A stretch of DNA of 64,000 nucleotides from contig OZ316892.1 in assembly GCA_973895155.1 (NCBI GenBank), positions 14,748,861 through 14,812,860 of the forward strand, in the 5' to 3' direction. Source of the DNA: Marsupella aquatica. Its lineage: Eukaryota; Plantae; Marchantiophyta. Below are positions 38,595 through 49,699 of the stretch, piece after piece. A program made the translations under genes and the position numbers. Every line of letters begins with the position of its first letter. Position 1 is the first letter of the stretch. The notes beneath the pieces are model-generated. The model worked only from the letters and a program-made list of their open reading frames with translations, did no database searches and was not told the origin of the DNA.

Positions 38595-38741
38595 ATTGCT
38601 ACATGCTAAATCCTTAAACCCCAAACTCTCACAGCCAACCTTCCAAATTAGATTGACAGAGAACTACATTGCTACATACTAAATCCTTAAACCCTAAACT
38701 CTCACAGCCAACCTTCCAAATTAGACTAACAGAGAACTACA
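38595..38741. repeat. 73-bp tandem duplication downstream of KRI1
   Basis: ATTGCTACAT(G/A)CTAAATCCTTAAACCC.AAACTCTCACAGCCAACCTTCCAAATTAGA.T.ACAGAGAACTAC occurs twice. Confidence 0.9.
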
Positions 38742-38988
38742 AAATTGGGTCGCTCGACGGTTTGCATCGAGACATTCAACAATCCAAACCTATGTGCCTT
38801 GTCACACATTTACCTTCTGTTGCACTTCCTCAACAATTGTTGCTCCTGTCGACAACAATGGAAGTGAACTCCCGGCCCAAACTTCCTTGTGGCCCTCAGA
38901 AAACTTCACTCAGTCGGAGCGAACTAAGAACAATTGCTGTGTGTCAAAATAATGAACGTGCGCACCCGAACATAGTGGCGATGTCAAA

Positions 38989-41013
38989 TCACCTCTTGAC
39001 TTTCTTCTTTTTCGGTGCTCCTTCACCTTTTTTCTTCCCTGAAGGCGTTCCATATGACAGTAATCGAGACTTTGGGAGAACAGGGGCAGGTCCTGATTTC
39101 CTCCTCTTCCGGCTCTTCTTCGGCTTCTCGCCACCCGCTGCGTTACTGTCGGAGACGAGAGGCTCACCGTTCGCGTGGTTGCCGTTGGGAACATTTGCTA
39201 CAGCTTCATTGTCGCCGGCGGCGATCACAGATTTCTTTTGCATTTCTTGAGTGTCCTCGGGACTTGTTCCATTTTGATCGACGGCTATCACTGATTTCCG
39301 CTTCTTTCTCGGAGTGTCCTCTGAATTCAACGCTTTCTTCTTCCTGGCCTTGCTGCTCAACCTTGGAGCAGGCCTCCTCGGTTCCCATTCCTCAGTCGTG
39401 TAAGGGGACAGCTTTTTCAACGACACGTACTGATTAAGCTCCTTGTCATCGAGCCCTATAATATCCTTCGTTTTGAGCCCGTATTTATTGGGTTTCACGG
39501 GCCTGTACTTAAACCTCGTTGGCAAATCACCAATAACATCTTCATAATCGAGCTTGTAATACTCCTCCAAATGCTTGTCAATCACAAGCTTCTCTTCAAA
39601 AGGAACTTTCACCTTCTTCTGTTTCTTCCCTTCCTGTTCCAATTTGGCCTTCACAGCTGCAAAACCTGCACTAGCCTCCCCGTCTCCTTCGGGCGCAATC
39701 CCTAAAAGCTCATCCTCGGCATCGAAATCGTGTTTCTCCATTTCATCGAAATCCTCTTCGTCGTCAACAAAATCAGGATCTTCCGCACCGTAATATTCCT
39801 CTCCAAAGGCCTGCTTCATCTTCTTATCGTACTCATCGGGATCGAAATCTTCATCCAAATCGTCCGCTCCAAGAATATCCGCTCCCCCTCCGCTGTCGTT
39901 CTCACTGGGAGCAGCACTGAGACCAGCGACAGCTCTGATTTTGGAAAGCTTCTCCAATACCTCCTTCTTCTTCACATTCTTCAACCGCTTCAGCTCTTCT
40001 CTTCTCGCTTGCGCCTCCTCCGACTCCCGTTCCTTCTTCTTCTCCCTCTGCTTCTTCCTTGCCTCAGATTTCTTCCGCACGGAGTCGTCTATGATTCTGG
40101 AATGTCCCTTCACGTAGGTGTTATCCGCCCCATCTTGGAACCGGAAGTTGTAGTCTTTCTCGAATTGGTCTTGCTCGTCGAGTGCCTCTTCGTCTTCGCT
40201 AATGTCCTCCGCATCGTCGTGGTACGTCGGATATTTGGGCTGTTTCTGGTCTTCGTCAATCCACCCCTTGTTAAGGAGATATTCTTTCAGAAACTTATCA
40301 TTATTGTCGAGGTCATCATCTTTGCCAAAATACTCTTCGAGTCGCTTAGCAATGTTTCTGTCTTTGGCCCTTTGCTCTGCCTCGTCGACGGCCTCCTCTG
40401 CTTCGAGGGCCTCCCTCTCGAGCTCCTCCTTGGTTCGTTTCTTCACTCTAAGAAGATCATCCTGTTCTCCTTCCACCTCTCTGACTCCCTGCAGGAATGC
40501 CCTTTTCAGTTCCTCCTGCTCGCTGAGGTAGCTCGTGGGAGGCTTCTTCGGCCCTCTAATGTCTTCATCATAATCTCCGCCTCCTCCCTCGAGCAGCTGA
40601 CGCGCATTCACGTCCTTCAAATACAATGGCTTCTGTTTCTTCTCTGCCTTCAATTCCTCCTCCTCCTGATCGTCATCATCGTCGCCGAAGAATTTTGTGT
40701 CTGCGGAATAAATGACGGGATCCCGCGTCTTTATTTTCGCAAGAGTTTCGAAGATCTTTTCATCAGTGCGAGCGGGGAGAAGCCCGTCGTCATCTTCTTC
40801 TTCAGAGGAGGAATCACTACCATCGTCATCGTCATATGCTCCACCGGCCATCCCATTTTTCTGGAGCTCCTGGAGGCGGTGCAAGTCCTCTCGTTTCTTA
40901 TTGTGCGTAAACCGCAGCGCGTATTTTTCATTGTACCCTAGCTGCAAGGACTTTTCTGTTTCTTCAGAATCATCATCGTCGTCATCGAGCAGTGCTCTCC
41001 TACCGCCCGCCAT
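38989..41013 (-). CDS. KRI1: KRI1-like 40S ribosome biogenesis factor, 674 aa, intronless CDS
   Basis: Open frame from the ATG at 41013 (MAGGRRALL). Motifs NEKYALRFTHNKKREDL, FLKEYLLNKGW, DQFEKDYNFRF and the Kri1 C-terminal EYYKLDYEDVIGDLPTRFKYRPV...ELNQYVSLKKLSPY. Composition is very rich in D/E/K. Confidence 0.95.
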   Translation of the reverse strand: MAGGRRALLDDDDDDSEETEKSLQLGYNEKYALRFTHNKKREDLHRLQELQKNGMAGGAYDDDDGSDSSSEEEDDDGLLPARTDEKIFETLAKIKTRDPVIYSADTKFFGDDDDDQEEEELKAEKKQKPLYLKDVNARQLLEGGGGDYDEDIRGPKKPPTSYLSEQEELKRAFLQGVREVEGEQDDLLRVKKRTKEELEREALEAEEAVDEAEQRAKDRNIAKRLEEYFGKDDDLDNNDKFLKEYLLNKGWIDEDQKQPKYPTYHDDAEDISEDEEALDEQDQFEKDYNFRFQDGADNTYVKGHSRIIDDSVRKKSEARKKQREKKKERESEEAQARREELKRLKNVKKKEVLEKLSKIRAVAGLSAAPSENDSGGGADILGADDLDEDFDPDEYDKKMKQAFGEEYYGAEDPDFVDDEEDFDEMEKHDFDAEDELLGIAPEGDGEASAGFAAVKAKLEQEGKKQKKVKVPFEEKLVIDKHLEEYYKLDYEDVIGDLPTRFKYRPVKPNKYGLKTKDIIGLDDKELNQYVSLKKLSPYTTEEWEPRRPAPRLSSKARKKKALNSEDTPRKKRKSVIAVDQNGTSPEDTQEMQKKSVIAAGDNEAVANVPNGNHANGEPLVSDSNAAGGEKPKKSRKRRKSGPAPVLPKSRLLSYGTPSGKKKGEGAPKKKKVKR

Positions 41014-41353
41014 GAATGGATGAATGCCAACCCACAACCTCTGGCAGCAGAGCGAAAGCGTTTGTGCAGACTACTTCGAAATCTCAGTAGTCATTCTGTC
41101 CATAGCCACAGAGACCGGAGCCTGATTTACTGAATCTAATGAGCATGCCGTGATTGCTAGGTGAGACCCACACTGTCGCGACAGAACTCGAATCGTAACT
41201 TTGCTCAATGCTCTCGGATCGACTCGAAGCAGAGCTCAGTCATGCAAAATCTCAGAGAAAAACTTGCTCCTTGCAAACCCTTCCCTCCCCACGCTTCACC
41301 ACTCTACCTTCTCCACCAGCCACTGAGGTAGTCAAATGTTAGGGCACCTACAG

Positions 41354-41625
41354 TAAGAGCATCTCCAACCCATCTCTAACCCACTTACACCATCCCCACA
41401 CTCAACCCATCTCTAACACAGTTAGAGCATCCCCAAACACACCCCATCTCTAACCCAATTAGAGCATCCCCACACTAAGAGCATCTCTAACCCACTTACT
41501 TATAGCATCCCCGCACTCAACAAATCTCTAACCCATTTAGAGCATCCCCACAGGTGACCCTAAATATGCTCCAACACATCTCTAACCCATCTCTAACCCA
41601 TCTCTAACCCAATTAGAGCATCCCG
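41354..41625. repeat. Scrambled short-repeat patchwork built from a PIF/Harbinger-type terminus
   Basis: Six copies of (TAA/TTA)GAGCATC(T/C)C plus one variant, interleaved with CCCATCTCTAA units. Confidence 0.75.
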
Positions 41626-41664
41626 CTAAATGCGACCAGATATTTGGTGTTTGAAACGAGGTGG

Positions 41665-41745
41665 GTAGTGGGCCTGTGAAGGAGAACGGGGCAGCACCCA
41701 GCCCATGTCCCCACTCGTTGGGCCCAATAAACGTTAGGCCCTACT
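41665..41745. promoter_or_regulatory. Cluster of site II-like TGGGCY motifs upstream of KRI1
   Basis: GTGGGCCT, AGCCCA and TTGGGCCCAA occur within ~70 bp. Such motifs are typical of plant ribosome-biogenesis promoters. Function is inferred only. Confidence 0.3.
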
Positions 41746-44700
41746 TGCATGTGAGTGGCCTTTGACAATACGGCCCTCAAATTGAGTGACGGCAGAATCT
41801 AACTGATCGAGAGAATAGTGCCGTGCCCCTCTCCTGTGCCAGGCTTGACGGCTAGAAATAAGGAGTTACATTGGCAAGGGCCGGAAACATTGCAGCTCTC
41901 AGGTGTCCTGACTTCAGCTTTAGTGAAGTAGACAAAAATGAAGTACACTAACAAACAAAACAAACGGGCACCAACTGTTCACTTGATTAGATCATTCAAG
42001 CTAAAAAGGATCTGCTTTTTGCTTGGTTTGCTCTTGTAAGGAATGCATTTTGTTTCTTCTTCTGGGCACCCTCATCTTGAATGGGCTCCATGAGAAACCT
42101 CACTATGGAAGTCATATGTCTCTCTTTTCCATGTGTCACTTGTAGGTGCACCAATAAGGCTCGGACAACCACCTTCAACCTCCACTGGAACTTCAATAGG
42201 TTTTGCTTCCTCTGCTGGAATGGGGATAGTTGCATGATGGAAAGGAACTAGTGGTGACTGCACGTTAAATCTATGTCAACTGAATGCACTATGTACACCA
42301 AAATATAAAACAATACACTATATTTATGATCTGCAAATCAAGTGAAATGAATGATATGTCTTGGTTTTTGTTTAGGTTGTACGGTTGAAATAGATTTAAC
42401 GTGCGGTCTAGTGAAGGAATCCAACCTTGTCTGGAAGCACGAGGCATGCCTCTTTGCTTGATCTTCTTCTGGTCACACAACAATTCTAGAGCAAATTAGG
42501 GTTCAATCAAATGCCAAAACAAAATACATGTCGGACAGTTGAACACCACAAGCTCGACCACAAGTAAAAGAATCAAAATTTAAGGCAAGGAAGTCGAACA
42601 AAAGTTGGGGGAAACAAAAACCTTAGGATGCCTGCTGACCCAAGCTATGATTGCTCTTCCCAAACTGAAGCAAAATGACCTAAAACAGATGAATGTCTGG
42701 TTTTCTCATATGGTTACTTGGACAAACAATGCTGTCAGCCTCAAATGACTAGAAACTGTTGATGATGCTACTACATAAATTGGAAGCTACTCGCATCCAT
42801 CAAGAGGAGACTAAGGTATGCATGGGAAATGAGCAAGGAAATGACGTGGACAATATAGTTGTTGAGCAAAATTCTGAGTTGGGGAATCATCTGTTGCTAC
42901 ATTCTGAAGTGATACAATATGAGGGAAATTGCATGGTGCTAATTGTGAGGCCAATGTTCTGTTGCTACATCCTTGGGGTCTCCATGTGCACCACCATCTT
43001 CTCAGTGAACTAGCAAAGGGGTTAATTTGAGGAAATTGCACCTTGACTCCCGCCCTGACTTTAATATTGGTCAGCCTGGCTAATGAGATTGGCTCATCAT
43101 TGTCTTGGTTGATAAGGTGCTTTGCAAACAATTCCCTTTTGATAGCTGCTGAATCTCACTCCGATAGTTTATAGAGACAAGATGAATGACTAATAAAATT
43201 ATTTCCCACTTGATATAGGGATTACTAATTTCATACAAATTCAAGAAAGAAAGCCACCCATTGACTATATAATCAGATTTCAAGAACTTGCATATTCCCG
43301 TGCATATTACTAATTGAGTGCTCCAAACACCATGGCAACAAGATAAAGCAAAGCCATGTCTCAACATCACAAGGGAATATTGAGATTTGGCAATACTAGG
43401 AAATAGTTGATTTCATCAGGTTACATTTTACAAAAGTAAACAGGAAGCATGAACTGAGTAGTTGATGAGTAACGCTAAAAGTTGGTGTCCAAGCCATATT
43501 TTCTGCAGCTTGTTGCTTTGTAGTAGCAGGATTTTGTAGGGGAACTGATGTCTCCCAAAGCAATGTCTACACTTGCAAAATATGAGTCGTCTATCATTCC
43601 ACTTGAGATAGAACATATAGACATTGGTCTGGGTGACATTAGTGCTCCTACAAAATTCCAGATTTGAACTGAAGCTTGATAAACACCATTGTCTCTAACA
43701 TGTCGATGTAGCAATCCAAAGTAGTGAACACTGCACATCTTCATTTATGCCTAGCTTGACCTTCACCAAGAAAGCCACATTAGCATTGATAAAAGAGACA
43801 ATGCATCTAAAACTGCTCAAGAGTATGTTGGCATTGGATCACACAGTCCTATTCTGTTCACATGAACAACCTATTCTATTCATGTCATCACACGTAATAA
43901 CAGATGGGCAATTGGGCCAATGAAGCAAAACCTTATAATTCACTAACTGTTAGGTTGCAAAAACACTCAAACATGACTATGTGCTTGAGTTGAGGCCACC
44001 AGAAATTATCAGACCCCAAAATTGTAGAAAATCCCTATAACAGCCCAAAACTGTAGAAAATCTCTACAATAACAAACAACAGGGTATAATAGGGTATAGT
44101 AATAATGGCATGAAAATGCTGTTAAATTCTGATATTGACCCATGGGATCAGATGATGATTAAGGATGACTGTGTGCACTGACATGACCTGAAGATATATT
44201 GAGTTTGTCAGATGTTCTTTCTGACTATTCATGGTGTTGTTTCTATGCTACTGGCATATGTAGATCACCATCCTGAGTTGCATCAAAAGTATTTTTGCAC
44301 CATATATAACTTTGTCATCTCAAGTTCATTTGGGTTGAGACTTTTTACAATGATGGCTAGCTTGAGGATGTACTCATCAAAAAATTTGAAGAAAAATAAA
44401 ATTTCCAAAACTTAATTTCCAAATGAATTACCCTTATCAAACCAATCAGAAAAACGAAAATGGAAAATTAAAGAAAAAGTAACTAAGGTGAGAGTGAGGG
44501 AGGAAAGAAGATAGAACATTGTTAATTAACATAAATGATTTGGCAGAATGATTCATTTGTATCCACATGGAATTAATTGAGGGCGACTTCAATGGGTCAC
44601 AAGTGAAAAATTGCATAAGTCTAGGCAAACAGTACCAAGCAGATTTCTTATGCGACATACTAGGGCGTCTCAAAGCCTGACGTTAACAAGGTAATATATA

Positions 44701-45356
44701 AGGCCCTCCCATAGCTCAGTATTACAAGAACTCCCGTAAGACTTATGGGAGCCGATCTTCAGCTACTGCAAGGAAAGCCCACGGCCTCAACACTTAACCC
44801 TAAACTTTCCCACAACTTTAGGCACATACGGAAATCTGGATATCCAGGATTCTAAAACTCCAGAAAGGCGCAACTGAAGGCACATGGGCTTTGTGCATGA
44901 CGTGGTGATGGCTGTTGCATTTGAAGTGAGGACTAATCAAGAATGGAGAGAAAAAGAATATTGGCTATGAAACAGGTGAGACTGCAACCTCCTACCTTAT
45001 GGGGTGGGTCAATGGTACCACAAATCCATAATTTTCACTAATTACCCAGCTTTGAGACCCCAATTGACACCACTATGGTCAATATAAAAATGCATGCATC
45101 TTCACTGGACCCCTGATAAATGATGAGAAATTAACTACTTTGGGTGTATGTAATGAATTTTGTGTAACTATTATGACAAACTTTTTCTAAATGGACACGT
45201 TTGAGAAAACCTTTGCCCCGGTCATTGTTAACCATTGACTAATTTCTGTATTTAATGTTCATTATTCAAAAAAGAAGTCGTCATCACAAGTCTAATTAAC
45301 ACGGGGTCAATGGACTAATTTTCACTGAATATGTTAGGAAGGAATTGAGAGAGACT

Positions 45357-45546
45357 ATACCAATGACAGAATTCCATACATAAAATAATGGAGCCCAAGA
45401 ATAGTGACATACGTGTAGCAATAGACAACTAGAAACAAGGACAGAGGAAGAGAGAGGAGTAGTAGGATACCAATGATATGAATTAATAAATGGAGCCCAA
45501 GAATAGTGACATACGTGTAGCAATAGACAAGTAGAAACAAGGACAA
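45357..45546. repeat. ~102-bp tandem duplication
   Basis: AATGGAGCCCAAGAATAGTGACATACGTGTAGCAATAGACAA.TAGAAACAAGGACA at ~45388 and ~45489. Confidence 0.88.
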
Positions 45547-46678
45547 GATCCCAAAGGCAGACAGAGAAAATAAAGAAAAACACTACAGTAGTCATTCTTG
45601 CAGGCATGTGACCGTACCCGATAAAGTAGGAGCAAGCAAGAGGCTTGTAATTAAGTTCAGGGACCACTTCCAAGATTTGTGACCCACTTTCCAATCACCG
45701 GTAAAGACGATGTGCTCACCTGATCTAACTTGACCTGTCGAGGCATGGAAATACGCTGAACTGGAGTGACTCCCAGGCACGCCCACGAACCGCCAATCAG
45801 ATCTGAAGCGATGTCAAATTGAAGCATCCGTGCAGCAAGCGACCTGCATGAATCATGAACTGGTAGTGATGATGTGATCGATAAGAAGAATTGGACCTGA
45901 AGCATAATTGTATCGATTGGGCTAGAAGCCTCGATCGAACCGAAGATATTAGGGCTCTGATTACCGCCGAGAAGCACTATGATTACGGCCGAGAACTAGA
46001 GCAGCGAGCTGCACTGTGATCATACGAATCAGAGGGTGCGAGCTGAAAACGAGCGTACGTTAGTGTTCTGATAGCAGGATCGTAGCCAGAGGGTATGAGG
46101 AATATATTTTAAAAGCGACTGGCAATCTAAGTTGACGATGGATTTACGTGTTCAATTGAGTCGACTGTAATTTCATTACATTTTAAGTTGACATCGACGA
46201 CGGATTTACGTTGTTCAAAAACTCGACGATAAATTTATTAGATTATGGGAATTAGAGAACTGTGAATAAAATCAGCAGGAGCAAATGGCTTTAATCATGC
46301 AAGCTAGGGTTGTGATCGTGATGAGTAGTAAGGATAGTACACACTCAATTATAAGAAGCTACCTACCCGAACATGACGACTATGATTACCCCGTGAAATC
46401 CACCGAACAATAACTGTTCTAGATCATGTTGAATTATTGGCAATGTTGCAAGGCTTTCAAACGAAAGTTACGAGACTGCAAGGAAAGCTAGTTTGCTAGC
46501 GATTCCCACCTGCAGCAATCCTGTCGGGGCCTCTATTCAACCCTGGTTCTCTCAAAAGAAGATAACGCTGCCGGTGAGAAGTTAGTCCCAATCGTAGAGG
46601 ACAACCCTGCAGATCGACAGATCAGCATCTATGCAATACTATGGTACTCAGCTGCTAAGTCATTCGAAACTTAACGCA

Positions 46679-47060
46679 GATGGAGAACAACACCTAGAGA
46701 ACAGAACCTCGAGAGCAAGAGTTGCTCCTTACTAACTCCAGATAGACAAGTAGGCTAACACAAGGCCCTGGTAGGAAAAGTGGAATACCCCTAGCTGACT
46801 GTATGAAAGTGTTTCCATACAACTTTGTGGGACTGAGCTAGATTCCACTTGAAGATCGTGAAAATCTAGTTTCCCATGGAATTGATACCCGAATACCTGC
46901 TTTTCCCATGTGTAAGTGGTTTGTCTGGGAGATTGTAGAAGTCCCACGACAAAGGTAGGAAAAGCTAAGTAATTGAAGATACTTACAGCAGGTGGAGAAC
47001 CACACCTAGAGAACAAACCTCGAGAGCACGAGATGTTCCTTAGTAACGCTAGATAGACAA
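46679..47060. repeat. Dispersed ~70-bp direct repeat pair
   Basis: TGGAGAAC.ACACCTAGAGAACA.AACCTCGAGAGCA.GAG...TCCTTA.TAAC...AGATAGACAA at ~46680 and ~46993. Confidence 0.75.
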
Positions 47061-48171
47061 ACAGACACACCGGTTATTGTTGATGTACCTCAATTACCCT
47101 CGTGTCAATCGTCGTAAATTCGCAGTATTTCAAGCCTCGCTGCGCATATTTCACTAGTAAGTCCAGACGGACAGATGTTAACAGCGGTGAGTTGAGTTTG
47201 CGCTCCACAATGGAAAGGGATGTAATTTTCCATTCTTTCGAGCTCAGCAATTCATGCTCCGCTTGAACCACTTGATCGAATGCAGGCGGAGTAGGAATTA
47301 AACATCAGATCATGAACCAAAAAACTAAATCAGAAATATATAGAAAGTACAGAAAACGTACACTCAGTGAAAATTTTAAGAGCTTTTCATACATGACAAC
47401 AACCAATCCATATCAGATCTAGCCACAGCCACGGGACCACAGTAGGTTGATCTTCTGCACAACTGAAGTCTTTTAGTATCAGATCTGGAGGACGACAAGA
47501 ACATTGAGAAACTACGCAACACAAATCAGGGCCAACGAAGCAAGGAGTACAGCTCAACCCCGAGCTTAACAAGTACCTTGCTAATCGAGATGCTTCATGA
47601 CTAGCTCGGTTCGGTTGTCAAGATGAGTCGATCGATTTGGAATGACATCCTTGCACACACTTTCGCATCAAGTTTCAGATCTGCCCACAGACTGGCAGAT
47701 CAGGATTAGAGCGTCATTTCCGGTCCATCAGAACTGCTTGACGCCTAGCTTGCGGTTTCGGCGACTATGCAACTTCAAATTGATGATCAGGCCTGAGTGC
47801 CCGGTGCCTACATGACTGCCAAACCTTGCATCACAAGTTGGGCCGTGTGATATGGGCGTGTTGCGTCGAGCTCGATCAGAAGTCCACTTGCGTCCAGCGA
47901 CCCACTTGCGCACACTCATGTTTTGTGCTCTATTTCCGGGCACGAGTGGTTCGATCTGGGTCGTGGCCTTTTCTCTTTGGTATCATAGTCCCTACCGTGC
48001 ACTGTTACCATACCTTCCCTCGCTTCGTCGCGTTCGACATGCAATCTAATGTTGAAATGTCGCGACCAGCTTTCACCTATCTCTCAATAAGCTTGACCGA
48101 CTGGTTCTACCTAAGTACTAGAGCTCGACCAGTCGTTGCACTGCGTTAGGACTGGTTCTTCTTCGAACACA

Positions 48172-48335
48172 AAACCCTTGTTCAAATTTGTAATGCCCTT
48201 AGTGATTTTCTCTTTGCGATATTGTGTGCAACCCTTGTTCACAATTTAGTGCCCTTAGTAATTTTCTCTTTGCGTTATGGGTGCAACCCTTATTCAAAGT
48301 TGATGCCCTTAGTGATTTTTCTTTGTGATTTTGGG
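48172..48335. repeat. Three ~55-bp tandem repeats
   Basis: AACCCTT(G/A)TTCA...TGCCCTTAGT(G/A)ATTTT.TCTTTG repeated three times. Confidence 0.85.
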
Positions 48336-49243
48336 TCCTTTCACGGAGGGGAATCCTTGGTTTGGATGGGGCATTATGACGAAACTTCTCCTCTTAATTT
48401 ACTAAATAGAGAATCTCTTAAGGCTATAAATGAATTAATATCCTGAGTTTAGGGCCTTGTGGCTTACAATGCCCATACTTGAACCCAAGGCCCAGGCACT
48501 TCAATAGAAAGGGTGTGGTGTTAGGAAAAAAATCTTCTTTTGTCAGAACACCCTATCATATAGCAGTGTCAGAACATCCTATCATTGGCACTTTTGAGCC
48601 TATGGCCTAGACAGTGCTTTGGATTTGGTTCTCCTTTCCAACCAAAATCCAAAGACAAAATTCAAACACGTACACAAGTCCGGCCTGCACTCTCAAATCA
48701 AAGGATGTTGGGTTTGAGTGCTTTTTTGGTCAAAATGTCAGATTTTTTGGATAGAAAACTATAGTCGGAATGAGCCTTTTGGTGAAAGACAATACCCAAA
48801 TTCTGCTGGTCCGGATGTTCCCATACATATAAGGCTCAGCAAAGGCAGGTGAAAAAAATTGCCAGCTTACTTTAATTTTGATCTTTTTCTTACCACATAT
48901 CCTATGGAGTAACTTGCCCTCATCAAAACATTATGTCTTATCACATATGCTATAAAATTAGACCTAAGCTTGTAGTTCCTTCGGGAGTCCCTTGTGAATT
49001 TTTCACATCCAAACATTGTCAGTGCCTTATCAGATATACTATATCAATATGGCAAACCCTGTTTTCCCTAGGTCACCTGGTACTTGTCCCTGAGGTCATG
49101 CCTCCCATCATCCATAGGGGAGGTGGCAGCCAGCACACAACATCTACCTAAGAACTGGAAATAGAGATTGTAAGAATCTAAAAAAAGCGTACAACAAGTT
49201 CTCGACAGTCGAGAAATTGTAACTCGAATTAATTACAAGTTTT

Positions 49244-49357
49244 TGTGAGAGTATGAATGGAATGAATCATGTATAGTCTATGGTGGTTGGTACATATAGT
49301 GGTGTCGGTCCGGTGACTGGCTGATCCGGTCGTCCGGTCACCAGGTAGAGTCTAACA
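49244..49357 (-). repeat. 3' LTR of the Bianca-like element (114 bp)
   Basis: 113/114 identical to 55611-55724. Confidence 0.97.
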
Positions 49358-49699
49358 CTCCCCTTTGGATATATAGTGACAACTATGTAGACAACATAGA
49401 CTATACCTATTATATCATGTTCATAGAAAATACATGATATAAGTATAAGCAAGGTAGACTGCCTCGTTAAAAAACCTTTATCAACTCTAGTTTAGTAAAA
49501 ACTCTACCAGTGTAGCAGAGAAAAATATGAGTGCTAAAGGGAAAAGAGTGCAGCCTAACAGTCCTCGTCGTAATAAATGTCAATATTAAGTAAAGTTAGA
49601 TGTTATGGTAAATCTAGCTTTAATATCTGTTTCAATAGTAGGTCGTCAGCATCATGTCATCAGCAGCATCAATCGTCATGTGGAGTAGCAGCCTCCACG

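Noticed and set aside
39730-40941. 403-aa plus-strand ORF and neighbouring antisense ORFs
   Set aside because: Mirror frame of the D/E/K-rich KRI1 CDS; L/F/V-rich with no domain.
41990-44680. Scattered short ORFs suggesting a decayed transposase or gene
   Set aside because: No motif could be recognised in any frame, so a call cannot be supported without a search.
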